Positions 1-8,908 of a stretch of 32,000 nucleotides of DNA are shown here, piece by piece. Origin of the DNA: Schaalia meyeri. GTDB lineage: Bacteria; Actinomycetota; Actinomycetes; Actinomycetales; Actinomycetaceae. Numbering within the stretch: position 1 is the first letter of the stretch; every line of letters starts with the position of its first letter. Below the pieces are notes generated by a model. The model made no database searches. It saw only the letters and a list, made by a program, of their open reading frames with translations, and was not told where the DNA came from. The stretch covers positions 240,001 through 272,000 of the forward strand of contig NZ_FNLK01000012.1 in the NCBI RefSeq assembly GCF_900105015.1, written 5' to 3'. A program made the translations under genes and the position numbers.

Positions 1-1
1 C

Positions 2-199
2 GCCCAGGTCGCGCTGCGCTGGGCCCTCGACCGAGGCCACGTCGTCTTCCCCAAGACGTTGGGCCGCGAGCGCATGGCCGCAAACATTGACGTATTTTCT
101 TTCGCCCTGTCGCCCGGGCACAGAGCGCGTATCGACGCGCTCGACCGGGGCGAGGCCGGGCGCACCGGGTCTCACCCAACCACGATGGACCGACTCTAG
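2..199 (+). CDS. aldo/keto reductase family protein, C-terminal fragment (5' end outside window)
   Basis: Frame is open from the window edge to TAG at 197-199. The translation AQVALRWALDRGHVVFPKTLGRERMAANIDVFSFALSPGHRARIDALDRGE resembles the conserved C-terminus of AKR (diketogluconate-reductase-like) enzymes. Confidence 0.75.
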   Translation, partial: AQVALRWALDRGHVVFPKTLGRERMAANIDVFSFALSPGHRARIDALDRGEAGRTGSHPTTMDRL

Positions 200-218
200 G
201 GACGGGTACGATAAAGGA

Positions 219-1538
219 ATGGCTTCAAAGCTCTCGCGCGCCGACCGCGCCATCGTGCGCCTGGCCGACGGAACAGTCAAACAGCAGAATCTGCTCACCG
301 GAACAGAGGTGTGGACCGTCCCCGGACGAGGCAATCGGCCGCTGGCTCCCCCCCGCACCGACCATAACCCCGTCGATCACGAAGCGGAAGGCCACCATTG
401 CGCGTTCTGCTCGGCCCGCTATCTCGAGACGCCGCCGGAGAAGTCGCGCCTGGTGCGTCGAGACGATGGGACGTGGCAGCAGCTGGACGCGCTGGGTGCC
501 GACCAGCTGAGCGACACGGTCGCGGAATTCCGGAGAATCCCCAACCTCTTCGAGATCGTGTCCTACGACTACTGGCACCTCAACCACGGGCATGTCCCCT
601 CGGAGGAGGATCGTCACCGCATGGCGCGCTACCTGGCCTCGGACGTGGGCTACGAGCACGTCATGAGCGTCGTGCGCGCGCGTATGCTGGCATCCGGCAT
701 GAGCGACGGCGAGTTCGCCGCGACCAGCGAGAGCGCGCGCCTGCAGTCCGCCAACGGGTTCTTCTCCGGCGGCCACGACCTGATCGTGGGCAGGCGCCAC
801 TACGTGGACGGCGCGACCGAGGCACACGAGCTCGCAGGCTCGGGCACCCTTTCGCCCGAGGAGCACGCACAGTACACCGCGTACACGGCGCGCTCGATGC
901 GCGACCTCTATGACCTAGACCCGGCGGTGCGCTACGTCGCGGCATTCCAGAACTGGCTGCGGCCCGCCGGGGCTTCCTTCGACCACCTGCACAAGCAGCT
1001 CGTCGCGATCGACGACCTGGCCGTCCAAACGGAAGCCGAACTCGAGCGCCTGCGCGCCCAGCCCGACATCTACGACCAGATTTTCACGGTCGCCGCCACA
1101 CGCAGGCTACTGATCGCCCAGAACGACCACGCCGTCGCCCTGGCCGGGTTTGGCCATCGTTTCCCGGGTATCGCGATCTGGCCGCTGGGCGCGCCCGCAA
1201 ATCCTTGGGAAGTCAGTGACCAGGCCATGGCCGGTATCTCCGACATCCTGCACGCCGCACACGCCGCGACGGGCGTGGAAGTGCCCGCCAACGAAGAGTG
1301 GTACCACCGCCCGCCGACAGTATCGACCCCCATGCGCTGGCGCATCCTGCTGAAGTGGCGCATTTCGACCCTGGCGGGGTTCGAGGGCGGCACGCGCATC
1401 TACCTGAACACGATCGACCCGTGGCAGGTCGTCGAACGGACGGTGCCGCGCCTGCTGGAGCTGCGCGATAAAGGCCAGATCGCCCCCATGCGCATTGGCG
1501 AGGAGTGCAAGGTGAACCCCGCGATGCTGCGCGAGTAG
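219..1538 (+). CDS. GalT-like nucleotidyltransferase, HIT superfamily branch III (DUF4921-like)
   Basis: ATG at 219 follows AAAGGA, so the 87 start in the ORF track would overlap the upstream gene. There is a Cys/His cluster HHCAFC near the N-terminus and a HxHxQ motif (FDHLHKQLV), as in galactose-1-phosphate uridylyltransferase-type enzymes. Confidence 0.8.
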   Translation: MASKLSRADRAIVRLADGTVKQQNLLTGTEVWTVPGRGNRPLAPPRTDHNPVDHEAEGHHCAFCSARYLETPPEKSRLVRRDDGTWQQLDALGADQLSDTVAEFRRIPNLFEIVSYDYWHLNHGHVPSEEDRHRMARYLASDVGYEHVMSVVRARMLASGMSDGEFAATSESARLQSANGFFSGGHDLIVGRRHYVDGATEAHELAGSGTLSPEEHAQYTAYTARSMRDLYDLDPAVRYVAAFQNWLRPAGASFDHLHKQLVAIDDLAVQTEAELERLRAQPDIYDQIFTVAATRRLLIAQNDHAVALAGFGHRFPGIAIWPLGAPANPWEVSDQAMAGISDILHAAHAATGVEVPANEEWYHRPPTVSTPMRWRILLKWRISTLAGFEGGTRIYLNTIDPWQVVERTVPRLLELRDKGQIAPMRIGEECKVNPAMLRE

Positions 1539-1583
1539 GATCTGGGTGGGGCGGCGGCACGGCCTTGGGGCCAGATTATTTCT

Positions 1584-2798
1584 TTATTTCTCTCCGGCTG
1601 AGGTGCCTCCCGCCCCCTGCTGGGGTTGCGTTGGAGCAGGCGAGGACAGGGCAGAGCTCCAGGTCGCCAGCCACGCGCTGAGCGCGTCCGGTGAGGCAAT
1701 CGTTTCGTCGGCCACGGCCGCTTCCCCCGTGATCCCCATGAGCCAGGCGGCCTTCGTGTCGGGCGCGAGCCCGCCGTCAATCGGGTAGGCGCTGCCCGTG
1801 GTGGCCAGGGAGCGCTGCGCGGTCTCGCCCTGGAGCCAGGCGATCAGGGATTCCGCGCCGTCGGACGCCGGAGAAGCCGTCGAAGCAGCGTACATGATGC
1901 GCGCGATGCACGTCGACGAGATCGGCGTGCCATAGGAGTCGGCGCCCGTGTTCGTTGCCGCGGCCGCCGCCAGGGAGCGCGGCGCGACAACCAGCGGATA
2001 CGCGCCGGACTCACCGGCTGCCCCACCCACGAGCTGGGAGACGTACCCTTCAGACACGTGCGCGCCGGCCGTCCACGCGCCCACGGTCGCACCGAGGGAC
2101 GCATCCACGTGCGGATTCAGGGACTGAGCGAAAGAACCCAGGCCCTCGCCCGTCTGGGCGGCGGCCTCCTGCACGAACGCGCGACCCACCGAGGACGAGG
2201 CCGGGTCGGGGACCGCCAGCAGGGCGCGCACGCGCGGGGAGGTCAGATCGCCAAAAGAAGTCGGCAGGGAACGGCCATTCGCGCTCAACCACGACTTGTC
2301 CGCGATGACGCACACGTCGTCGCGGCCGTACGCAACCGCGGCCGCAGCCCCCTCGACCGCCGTGCCGCTCACGGTGACCGTGTCCTGCGGGGCGGACGGC
2401 GCAATCGCGCCCGCCGCGCTGGCCGAAATGGCGTCGGCCCCGTCCAGCCCCAGCACGACATCCGCGCTGGTCTTGGACAAAGAGCCTGCCCCATCAACCG
2501 AGACCACCGCAACCGTGAAACCCGTCGCCCGCGTGAACGCCTGAGCCGTCTCGGGCGGCAGCTGCGCGCCACCCACCAGCGCAACGGTCACCGTCCCCGA
2601 GCCGGAACGCGGCGTCGGAGCATTAATCGTCCCGTGTCCGCCGCCCGCGGAAGATGCCCGCGCGCTCTGCCCGGGCACGATCGGGGACACGAAAGGATCC
2701 CGAGGAGCACTGGAGGACACCGCCGGCGTACAGGCCGCCACCGTCGTGGCAGCAACAACGAGGGCTGACAGCGCAGAAACAGAGCGGGCGCGATCCAT
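1584..2798 (-). CDS. secreted lipoprotein, solute-binding-protein-like (ThiB/PotD-type fold suspected)
   Basis: Internal ATG at 2796-2798 is preceded by AAGGA. The signal peptide with lipobox is MDRARSVSALSALVVAATTVAAC. The Ala/Gly-rich mature part has an alternating beta/alpha pattern typical of ABC substrate-binding proteins. No permease or ATPase gene is adjacent. Confidence 0.65.
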   Translation of the reverse strand: MDRARSVSALSALVVAATTVAACTPAVSSSAPRDPFVSPIVPGQSARASSAGGGHGTINAPTPRSGSGTVTVALVGGAQLPPETAQAFTRATGFTVAVVSVDGAGSLSKTSADVVLGLDGADAISASAAGAIAPSAPQDTVTVSGTAVEGAAAAVAYGRDDVCVIADKSWLSANGRSLPTSFGDLTSPRVRALLAVPDPASSSVGRAFVQEAAAQTGEGLGSFAQSLNPHVDASLGATVGAWTAGAHVSEGYVSQLVGGAAGESGAYPLVVAPRSLAAAAATNTGADSYGTPISSTCIARIMYAASTASPASDGAESLIAWLQGETAQRSLATTGSAYPIDGGLAPDTKAAWLMGITGEAAVADETIASPDALSAWLATWSSALSSPAPTQPQQGAGGTSAGEK

Positions 2799-2938
2799 GA
2801 GGAATCCTTCGGACGGGAACACTACCGTCCAAGCATAAGACAGCGGAGCCGTGGGCCTCGCGCGAGAGCGCCGCGTGGGGCATGATGGGACCACACGTTC
2901 GCACGCGGGGACAACCGCAACCACGCCAGGAGTCAGCC

Positions 2939-3217
2939 ATGGATTCAGAGACCATCGAGAAGGTCGCCACGACCGTCGTCATCGCCGGAGCCGCCTTTGC
3001 CGCCTCCAAACTCGTCGAAGTCGGCTGGAGGGCCGCCACCAGGCGCCCCGTCCCCGTCGAAGACTCCGACGACGTCACGCTGACCTCCCTGGTCCTCTTC
3101 GCCGCAACCTCCGCCGCGATCGCCGCAGTCGCCCAGCGCTACGCGTACAAGGGCTCCCAGAAGTGGCTGGCCCCCAGGCTCACCGCGCGCTTCGGCGCGC
3201 CCGCCATTAAGGCCTGA
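2939..3217 (+). CDS. DUF4235-like small membrane-associated protein
   Basis: ATG at 2939 follows CCAGGAG. The 92-aa product MDSETIEKVATTVVIAGAAFAASKLVEVGWRA... has the hydrophobic helices typical of actinobacterial DUF4235 proteins. Confidence 0.7.
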   Translation: MDSETIEKVATTVVIAGAAFAASKLVEVGWRAATRRPVPVEDSDDVTLTSLVLFAATSAAIAAVAQRYAYKGSQKWLAPRLTARFGAPAIKA

Positions 3218-3236
3218 ACTCGCCCCTTCCGCGGCC

Positions 3237-3605
3237 TCACGCGAGCGGCAGGAGGGCCCCCAGGTCGGCGCGTTCCCCCGACGCCTCGACCAGTGAGGCA
3301 GCCACGGCCTCGTCCCACGTGATGATTCCACAGGCCAGGGACAGCCACGTGGGCGCATCCGTTTCCACCACCGCGGGCGGGGTCCCGCGCCGATGCCTGG
3401 TACCGGGCAGGATCTGGACCGCGCCCGCGGGAGGCACGCGCACCTCCACCGAACGGCCCGGATGCAGCGCACCCAGCTCCTCAAGCGTGAAACGCACCGC
3501 CGTGAAAACCACCGCGCACTCCGCGTCTTCACCGCGCTCATGTAAGTCGCGCCACAAAAGCAGGGCCTCCATCCCCTTTGCGGGGTCGATCCGTCGTTTC
3601 GCCAT
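3237..3605 (-). CDS. sterol carrier (SCP-like) family protein
   Basis: 122-aa ORF. The C-terminal pattern RGTPPAVVETDAPTWLSLACGIITWDEAVAASLVEASGERADL matches the actinobacterial bacterial-SCP-orthologue family as I remember it. Confidence 0.7.
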   Translation of the reverse strand: MAKRRIDPAKGMEALLLWRDLHERGEDAECAVVFTAVRFTLEELGALHPGRSVEVRVPPAGAVQILPGTRHRRGTPPAVVETDAPTWLSLACGIITWDEAVAASLVEASGERADLGALLPLA

Positions 3606-3675
3606 GCGTCGATTCTACGTCCGGCCCGCTCCCGCACCATCGCGTGCGTTCCGACCGCATCGTCAGGCACAATTG

Positions 3676-4614
3676 ATGGGATGCATTCACGACGAGAGGA
3701 CAACCGTGACCGACACAGCATCCCTCATTACGCTGCGCTCAATCCTCGACCTTGAGATCGCGCAAGCCTACCAGTGGGATGCGGCCACCATCATCTCCGT
3801 CTCGGGCGTCGACCGCGCCGGCGACCTCACGACCCGCGTGATCGAAGACCCGGGAGTCCTCGCCGACATCGCCGACGAGGGATTTTCACCGCACTCCGCC
3901 GTCGGGCACGCCCTCTCCCACGAACTGCACGACGCCATCCAGCGACGGGTGCGCCTGTGGGTCACCGTCATCCCCACGGACAAGCTGGAGCGGCTGCGCA
4001 GCGCCCTGGGCGCGAGCCTCATCCACCGGGCCGGTGTCCCATCCAATGGTTACACGCCCATCGCGCTGTCGCCCCTGAACCTGCTGGAGCAGTGGGCCGA
4101 CGGCTCAGCCGAACAGCGTGAGTTCATCCGCGTCGCCATGGCCGGGCTCGACACGCTCACGACCTCCTCGCACGCCACCCAAGCGGCGCGGTCGGTCGGC
4201 GCGCCCATCATCGAGCGCTCGGCCGTCCTGAAGCTGTGCCGCAACCCCAAGTTCATCGCCTACGTCGTCGTCTTGATCTATTCCATGGCGCGCGCCGTGC
4301 CGGTCATCTACGTGCCGCATTTCCGGGGCGACTGGCGCATCCTGTGGTTCATCGACATGGTCACCGCCATCCCCTACACGTGGGGCCTCATCGAGATGGT
4401 CGCCGGGCAAAAGCTGTGGCACCGCATCGTGGGCGCTTTCACCACCGCGATCACTTTCGTCGCGCCCTACGTGTATTTCCTGATGTACGGCAGGCACGCT
4501 CCCCCGGGCGTGTGGCTGGCGATCGCCGTTATTTTCTTTGGCGGCATCTTCCTGGAGGTATTCCGATACCTGCGCGACCGGGCCGTAAAGAACGGGCTGG
4601 CGGCGCAGCCGTAG
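3676..4614 (+). CDS. hypothetical membrane protein (about 170-aa soluble N-domain plus about 4 C-terminal TM helices)
   Basis: The long ORF 3319-4614 is trimmed because its 5' part overlaps the divergent gene. Candidate starts are ATG 3676, or GTG 3706 preceded by GAGAGGA. The C-terminal hydrophobic segments are FIAYVVVLIYSMA, ILWFIDMVTAIPYTWGLIEMV, IVGAFTTAITFVAPYVYFLMY and VWLAIAVIFFGGIFLEVF. Confidence 0.7.
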   Translation: MGCIHDERTTVTDTASLITLRSILDLEIAQAYQWDAATIISVSGVDRAGDLTTRVIEDPGVLADIADEGFSPHSAVGHALSHELHDAIQRRVRLWVTVIPTDKLERLRSALGASLIHRAGVPSNGYTPIALSPLNLLEQWADGSAEQREFIRVAMAGLDTLTTSSHATQAARSVGAPIIERSAVLKLCRNPKFIAYVVVLIYSMARAVPVIYVPHFRGDWRILWFIDMVTAIPYTWGLIEMVAGQKLWHRIVGAFTTAITFVAPYVYFLMYGRHAPPGVWLAIAVIFFGGIFLEVFRYLRDRAVKNGLAAQP

Positions 4615-4684
4615 GACCCTTGCCGTAGGTCCCTTTTCACCGCTCGCCCCGCGGTCATTGGACCGCTGGGGCTGCAACGCGGTT

Positions 4685-4713
4685 GCGGTTGCGGGCGGGG
4701 CGCCCGCAACCGC
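4685..4713. terminator. GC-rich hairpin (13-bp perfect stem, GGG loop) in a convergent intergenic region
   Basis: GCGGTTGCGGGCG-ggg-CGCCCGCAACCGC, read directly. It lies about 70 nt after the + strand stop at 4614 and has no U-tract (I-shaped terminator type). Confidence 0.55.
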
Positions 4714-4740
4714 GGGTTCCACCCCAATAGGTCGAGGGCC

Positions 4741-4783
4741 GAAAAAGCGACCGTCCCCCGCGGTAGGGAGCGGGGGACGGTCG
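4741..4783 (-). terminator. rho-independent terminator of the pcs-like gene
   Basis: 14-bp perfect stem: CGACCGTCCCCCGC (4748-4761) pairs with GCGGGGGACGGTCG (4770-4783). On the minus strand the stem is followed by CTTTTTC. It starts 25 nt after the stop at 4808. Confidence 0.8.
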
Positions 4784-4807
4784 CACCTGAGGTGAGGGCA
4801 GACGCCG

Positions 4808-5593
4808 CTACTTGTCCTCGCCGGTAGCCGTACGGATGAATCCGGCGAGCAAGAACCAGCCGCCGCCGATCCAGAACAGGACGAACACCCACACGGGCTG
4901 CGCCGGGTAGACGGCCACCAGGTACGCACACGCGATGATCCAGGTGGTAGCACCGATGATGTTCGGGATCTGGAAGCGTTTCACGCGCGCGGGATGCGTG
5001 TAGTGGATCGGCACCAGCGTCAAAATTGCGAGGATGATCGTCGCGGCGATGTTCAGCCAGGCGGAGGTTTGCAACAGGTACATGGTGATCGCGACGCAGT
5101 TCCAGGCCGCGGGGAATCCCACAAAGTAGTTGTCGTTCGACTTCTCACCGTCGTTCGCGTAGCAGAACACCGAGGAAGCGAGGATGACGATCATCATGAT
5201 GGCGGGCAGCGGCTTTGGCCCGAAGGGCAGGTACATGGCCATGAACAGAGCGGGCAAGAACGTCCACGTCAGGTAGTCGACCAGGTTATCGACGACGGCC
5301 CCGTCAAACCACGGGATGACCTGTCGGACGCCGACCTTGCGAGCCAGGGTACCGTCGACTCCATCGACGATGAGGGCGATGACGGCCCACAGCCACATCA
5401 TGGGGATGTCGTTGTTCAGTATGGCGAACAGAAACAGCGTTGCCCACACGAGGCCAGAGATCGTCAGCGCGTGCACCAACCACGCGGCGATGACGCGGCC
5501 AACGCTGGGCTTGCTGGGGGTATCGGAGGAGGCCGGGACCTCCTGGGCGGGAGCCTCCTGCTCGCAGGCGGCGGGGACGGGTTGCTCAGACAC
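4808..5593 (-). CDS. pcs: CDP-alcohol phosphatidyltransferase with phosphatidylcholine-synthase-type motif
   Basis: GTG start follows AGGAG. The 261-aa polytopic membrane protein carries DGTLAR-x12-G-AVV-D-NLV-D, that is DGx2ARx12Gx3Dx3D. This is the x12-spaced variant described for bacterial Pcs, not the x8 spacing of PgsA/PssA enzymes. Confidence 0.7.
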   Translation of the reverse strand: MSEQPVPAACEQEAPAQEVPASSDTPSKPSVGRVIAAWLVHALTISGLVWATLFLFAILNNDIPMMWLWAVIALIVDGVDGTLARKVGVRQVIPWFDGAVVDNLVDYLTWTFLPALFMAMYLPFGPKPLPAIMMIVILASSVFCYANDGEKSNDNYFVGFPAAWNCVAITMYLLQTSAWLNIAATIILAILTLVPIHYTHPARVKRFQIPNIIGATTWIIACAYLVAVYPAQPVWVFVLFWIGGGWFLLAGFIRTATGEDK

Positions 5594-5876
5594 GAACGAC
5601 TCCTGTCGTGACGGTTATTTTCCGCCCTTTAGTATGCCAAAGATTGGCGAAGCGGTGGTAGGACTTCCGGCAGGTTCCGGGGCGAGGAGCCACCGATGCT
5701 GCGGGCGGTGCGCGCGATGCCGCAGGTGCGGGCTATCTCGCCCACGCCCGCGGCATCAGAGCATCCCAGAAGTGTGGATATCCCGACTCGTTCAGGTCAT
5801 AGCGTATCGAGGGAGACGACCCGGCCGACGGACAAAGGCATGGCGTACTCACGGCGAGGGCGAGGCGTGGATGGCC

Positions 5877-6863
5877 TCACCAGGCGCCTTTCGGGTTGCC
5901 GACGCGGCCCTCGTCCCGCTTCTCGCGCTGTTCCTTTCCGCGGTTCTCGTTTTGGTTTTGCAGGTCCTCCCTGCGCTTCTTCTGCTCCTTGGACTCGCCC
6001 TGGTAGGGATCTTCCTTCGGACTCGGGCTGGGGCTGGGCTGCTGGTTCTGCTGCCCCTGGTCCTGCTGCTGGCCTTGCTGCTGACTGTCGGAATCGCTGC
6101 GGTCCTCGGACTGTTCCTCGGCCTTTTGCTTCTTGTCCTCGACGCGGGACTTGTTCTTGTCGGCGGGATTGTCCGATTCCCCGCCGGACTGTTGCTTGTC
6201 GCCGGACTGGCCCTGGCCACCGGACTGCCCCTGATTCCCCGACTGGCCGGACTGGCCGCCATTGGACGTGCTCTGGCACGGGGAGATCAATTCCTCGGCT
6301 TCCTGGTAGGTGTTTGCAGCCTCGCTGTGGGATCCCGCAGCGTTCAGGATGTCTCCCTGTATTTCGATGCCGATGCCGAGGTTGACGCGTACGCGGCACT
6401 CGTAGGAGAAGGCCTCCAATCGCCCGGGCTTGACCTCGATGGCCTTGGGGACCAGTTCGAAGGCGGTACGCAGCTCGGCCACGCCCTCGTCCACGCGGTT
6501 TTGACGGGTCAGCGTTGTCCCGAGGTTGTAGTGCGCAACCCAGCGTTCAATGCCGATGGCGGTCCACTTCATCTGCCCTTCGTATCCCACCTGGGCGGCC
6601 TCATACTCCTGGGCTTTCCAGTGGCCCAGGGAGGAGCGCGACCAGAGGGTGACGCCGATCAGGTAGGCGGATGCGACCAGGGCGATCACCAGAAACGGGA
6701 TGGAGTAGAGCAGGGGCCGCAGGGCCCGGCCAGATCGTTTCACCTTCTGCTTCCCGGGCGAGGCCGGGTTCAGTTTCGCGCGGACCGACGGGTTGACGGG
6801 ATCTTCCTCGGGGGCCCCGAAAGGCAGGAGGTCCTCTTCGGGCAGGGAGTTGTCAGATGGCAT
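5877..6863 (-). CDS. BatC-like TM/TPR protein with Q/G/S-rich and K/E-rich low-complexity C-terminal tail
   Basis: The start overlaps the upstream VWA gene stop by 11 nt. One TM helix (LLYSIPFLVIALVASAYLIGV) is followed by a TPR-like helical region (HYNLGTTLTRQNRVDEGVAELRTAFEL). The tail runs SNGGQSGQSGNQGQSGGQGQSG...QQQGQQQDQGQQNQQPSPSPSP...KEQKKRREDLQNQNENRGKEQREKRDEG. Confidence 0.8.
   Translation of the reverse strand: MPSDNSLPEEDLLPFGAPEEDPVNPSVRAKLNPASPGKQKVKRSGRALRPLLYSIPFLVIALVASAYLIGVTLWSRSSLGHWKAQEYEAAQVGYEGQMKWTAIGIERWVAHYNLGTTLTRQNRVDEGVAELRTAFELVPKAIEVKPGRLEAFSYECRVRVNLGIGIEIQGDILNAAGSHSEAANTYQEAEELISPCQSTSNGGQSGQSGNQGQSGGQGQSGDKQQSGGESDNPADKNKSRVEDKKQKAEEQSEDRSDSDSQQQGQQQDQGQQNQQPSPSPSPKEDPYQGESKEQKKRREDLQNQNENRGKEQREKRDEGRVGNPKGAW
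6180..6262. repeat. in-frame 18-nt periodic repeat (CCGGACTG core) encoding a SGxQGQ-type low-complexity tract
   Basis: CCGGACTG recurs at 6184, 6202 and 6220, with a variant at 6238 and another copy at 6248. Confidence 0.6.
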
Positions 6864-7887
6864 GGGAGTTCCTCAGCTGTTGGGCTCGCAGCGCCAGGGT
6901 TGCGCCCTCCCACGCGAGGAGTCCTCCGAGGAGCAGAGCGAAGGGCCAGATGATGTAGCGATACGTGGATTGCTTGTTGCGCGACTCCGAGATGGTCGTG
7001 GCGCCCTCCAGGACGGAGCGCGCGTGGGACTCGATAGCCGATTTGTCGGGCGAGTGCACGTAGTCGATGCCGACACGGGAGGCGACCGTCTTCATGGCTG
7101 CCTCGTCAATCTTTGAGATCGCGATCGGGCTTCCGGGTTGGGAATAGTCGCGAATATACTCTGGCTCACCGCCGCTCTGGGCACCCTTGCCACCCAGGCG
7201 CAGCACCTTCATGCGGCCACCTTCCTGTGTCCCGTAGCCCAGGATGAGGCCGCCGTCCACGTGCTCCTTGACGGCATCCCAGTCGTTTTCCTCACCGGCA
7301 GGGGCCTTAGCCCAGTGGTCCTGGTTGGACGTCTCGCCGTCGGAGAAGACAAAGACGGCGCGGATGTTCTGGGGGTGACGCTTCTTATTCTTCGCGAGGA
7401 GCGCGGCGAGGTCCTTTGCCGGGCGGTTCACCGAGGATCCCTGCGAGGAGCTGGAGAGCTCCCGATCGAAGCTGGCCATGTACGCATCCACGGCGGAGGC
7501 GTCGGTCGTGAGCGGCATGTCCGTGTGCACCGCCGAGTCCCACGACATGATGGAAAAGCGCGAACCGGTCAGGATGCTCATGAGGATCGAGACGTCGTTG
7601 CGCACTCCGTCGATGCGGGGTTTTGTTCCGTCCCAGTCCTCGGCGCCCATGGAACCGGTACGGTCGATGACGAAGTAGACCTCGAGCGCTGAGGTCACCT
7701 CGCGGGCTTCGCCGGGGACGGAAGGACCCGCCCCCATGATGATGACGACCGCGACGATCAGGGCGCGTCGGACGATGTCCTTGATCCGTCTGCGCGCGGA
7801 GCGCCTGGCGGAAAGGAAGACGAATCCCGAGGCGATCAGGGCGATTAGTACCAGCAGGGCCAGGTTGACGACGGGTTGAAATACCAT
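6853..7887 (-). CDS. VWA domain membrane protein (BatB-like)
   Basis: ATG at 7885-7887 lies 1 nt after the upstream stop and is preceded by GGGAGG. The track start at 8067 lies inside the upstream gene. The protein has two N-terminal TM helices, the MIDAS motif DRTGSM, and a C-terminal TM helix YIIWPFALLLGGLLAW. Confidence 0.85.
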   Translation of the reverse strand: MVFQPVVNLALLVLIALIASGFVFLSARRSARRRIKDIVRRALIVAVVIIMGAGPSVPGEAREVTSALEVYFVIDRTGSMGAEDWDGTKPRIDGVRNDVSILMSILTGSRFSIMSWDSAVHTDMPLTTDASAVDAYMASFDRELSSSSQGSSVNRPAKDLAALLAKNKKRHPQNIRAVFVFSDGETSNQDHWAKAPAGEENDWDAVKEHVDGGLILGYGTQEGGRMKVLRLGGKGAQSGGEPEYIRDYSQPGSPIAISKIDEAAMKTVASRVGIDYVHSPDKSAIESHARSVLEGATTISESRNKQSTYRYIIWPFALLLGGLLAWEGATLALRAQQLRNSHAI

Positions 7888-7888
7888 C

Positions 7889-8908
7889 TCAGAACCTCCC
7901 GTAGGCGAGCAGCCCGAGCAGGGAAAGGACTCCGACGATGGTCCATCCCAGGGCGGCGCCGGGACGGTCGGTTTCCAGCATCTTTGCGGCAGAATCGAGG
8001 TCTTCCTTCTGCTCGGATTCGATCTGCTTGACGACTTCGTCGACGGCCGACGGGGACGAGGCATCATAGAACTCGCCGCCGGTCGACCTGACCTGGTCCC
8101 TCAGCTCGTAGGCCTCGCTGGTCATGGCGTACGTCGATCCCGGGTAGAGGGCCGACACGGTCACTTTCTGGCTCTTCGCGAACTCGATGGCCTCGGACAG
8201 GTTGTATATGCCCTGACCGTACACCTCGTTGTCGGTCGCCAAAAGGATCGTGCGGGACCGCTGCTTGTCGGTGTGGTCGAAGCCCAGGACGCACGAAGCC
8301 AGGCCGTCACCGACCAGCGACGCCTTCGGATCGTCGTCGTCCGAAAGCGTTGGACGCAGGTACTTCTCCAGATTCGCTGTCACGGAGATCCGCCCGCCGA
8401 TGGTAGAGAATCCGCCGTCGATGGTTTCGGCCATCTCCGTGAGGACGTCGTTAGCCAACTCGTAGTCATCGGTCAGCGGAAACATGGTCATCGAATAGGC
8501 GTTCCACAGCTGCAAAGAGATTCGTTCGCCTTCGAAGTGGGAGATGATCTGCTTGAAGGCGTCGCCGATCTTCGAGTCGTAGGGAAGCATCGACCCCGAG
8601 GCGTCCAGGCAGATCACGATATCTCGGCTGGAGGACTTATCGTGCTTGACGTAGCGATCCACGGGTGCTCCCGCCGACACCGAGGTCGCGATGACCGCGA
8701 TCAGGAAGCAGACGACGGCCATCGCCAGGGAGGCGCGCGTGCGCCTCACGAGCGTCTGGTACTTGGGCAGGCCTCGCAGGTAGCCGGTGTTGGCCACCCA
8801 GCCTTTTCCTCCCGAGCGTTGACCAGCGCGGCGCGCGAGCAGCCAGCCGGCGCAGGTTGCGGCAAGGACGACGCCGAGGACGACAAAGATGAGCCAGGTA
8901 AACCTCAT
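7889..8908 (-). CDS. VWA domain membrane protein (BatA-like)
   Basis: The start overlaps the upstream stop as ATGA (8905-8908). The protein has two N-terminal TM helices, the MIDAS motif DASGSM, and a C-terminal TM helix ALGWTIVGVLSLLGLLAY. Confidence 0.85.
   Translation of the reverse strand: MRFTWLIFVVLGVVLAATCAGWLLARRAGQRSGGKGWVANTGYLRGLPKYQTLVRRTRASLAMAVVCFLIAVIATSVSAGAPVDRYVKHDKSSSRDIVICLDASGSMLPYDSKIGDAFKQIISHFEGERISLQLWNAYSMTMFPLTDDYELANDVLTEMAETIDGGFSTIGGRISVTANLEKYLRPTLSDDDDPKASLVGDGLASCVLGFDHTDKQRSRTILLATDNEVYGQGIYNLSEAIEFAKSQKVTVSALYPGSTYAMTSEAYELRDQVRSTGGEFYDASSPSAVDEVVKQIESEQKEDLDSAAKMLETDRPGAALGWTIVGVLSLLGLLAYGRF

Noticed and set aside
5316-6953. 545-aa ORF on the + strand with long Leu-rich tracts
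   Set aside because: It spans the pcs 5' end, a non-coding gap, and the antisense of the BatC-like gene. The poly-Leu tract is simply the complement of the Gln/Glu/Lys-rich repeat.
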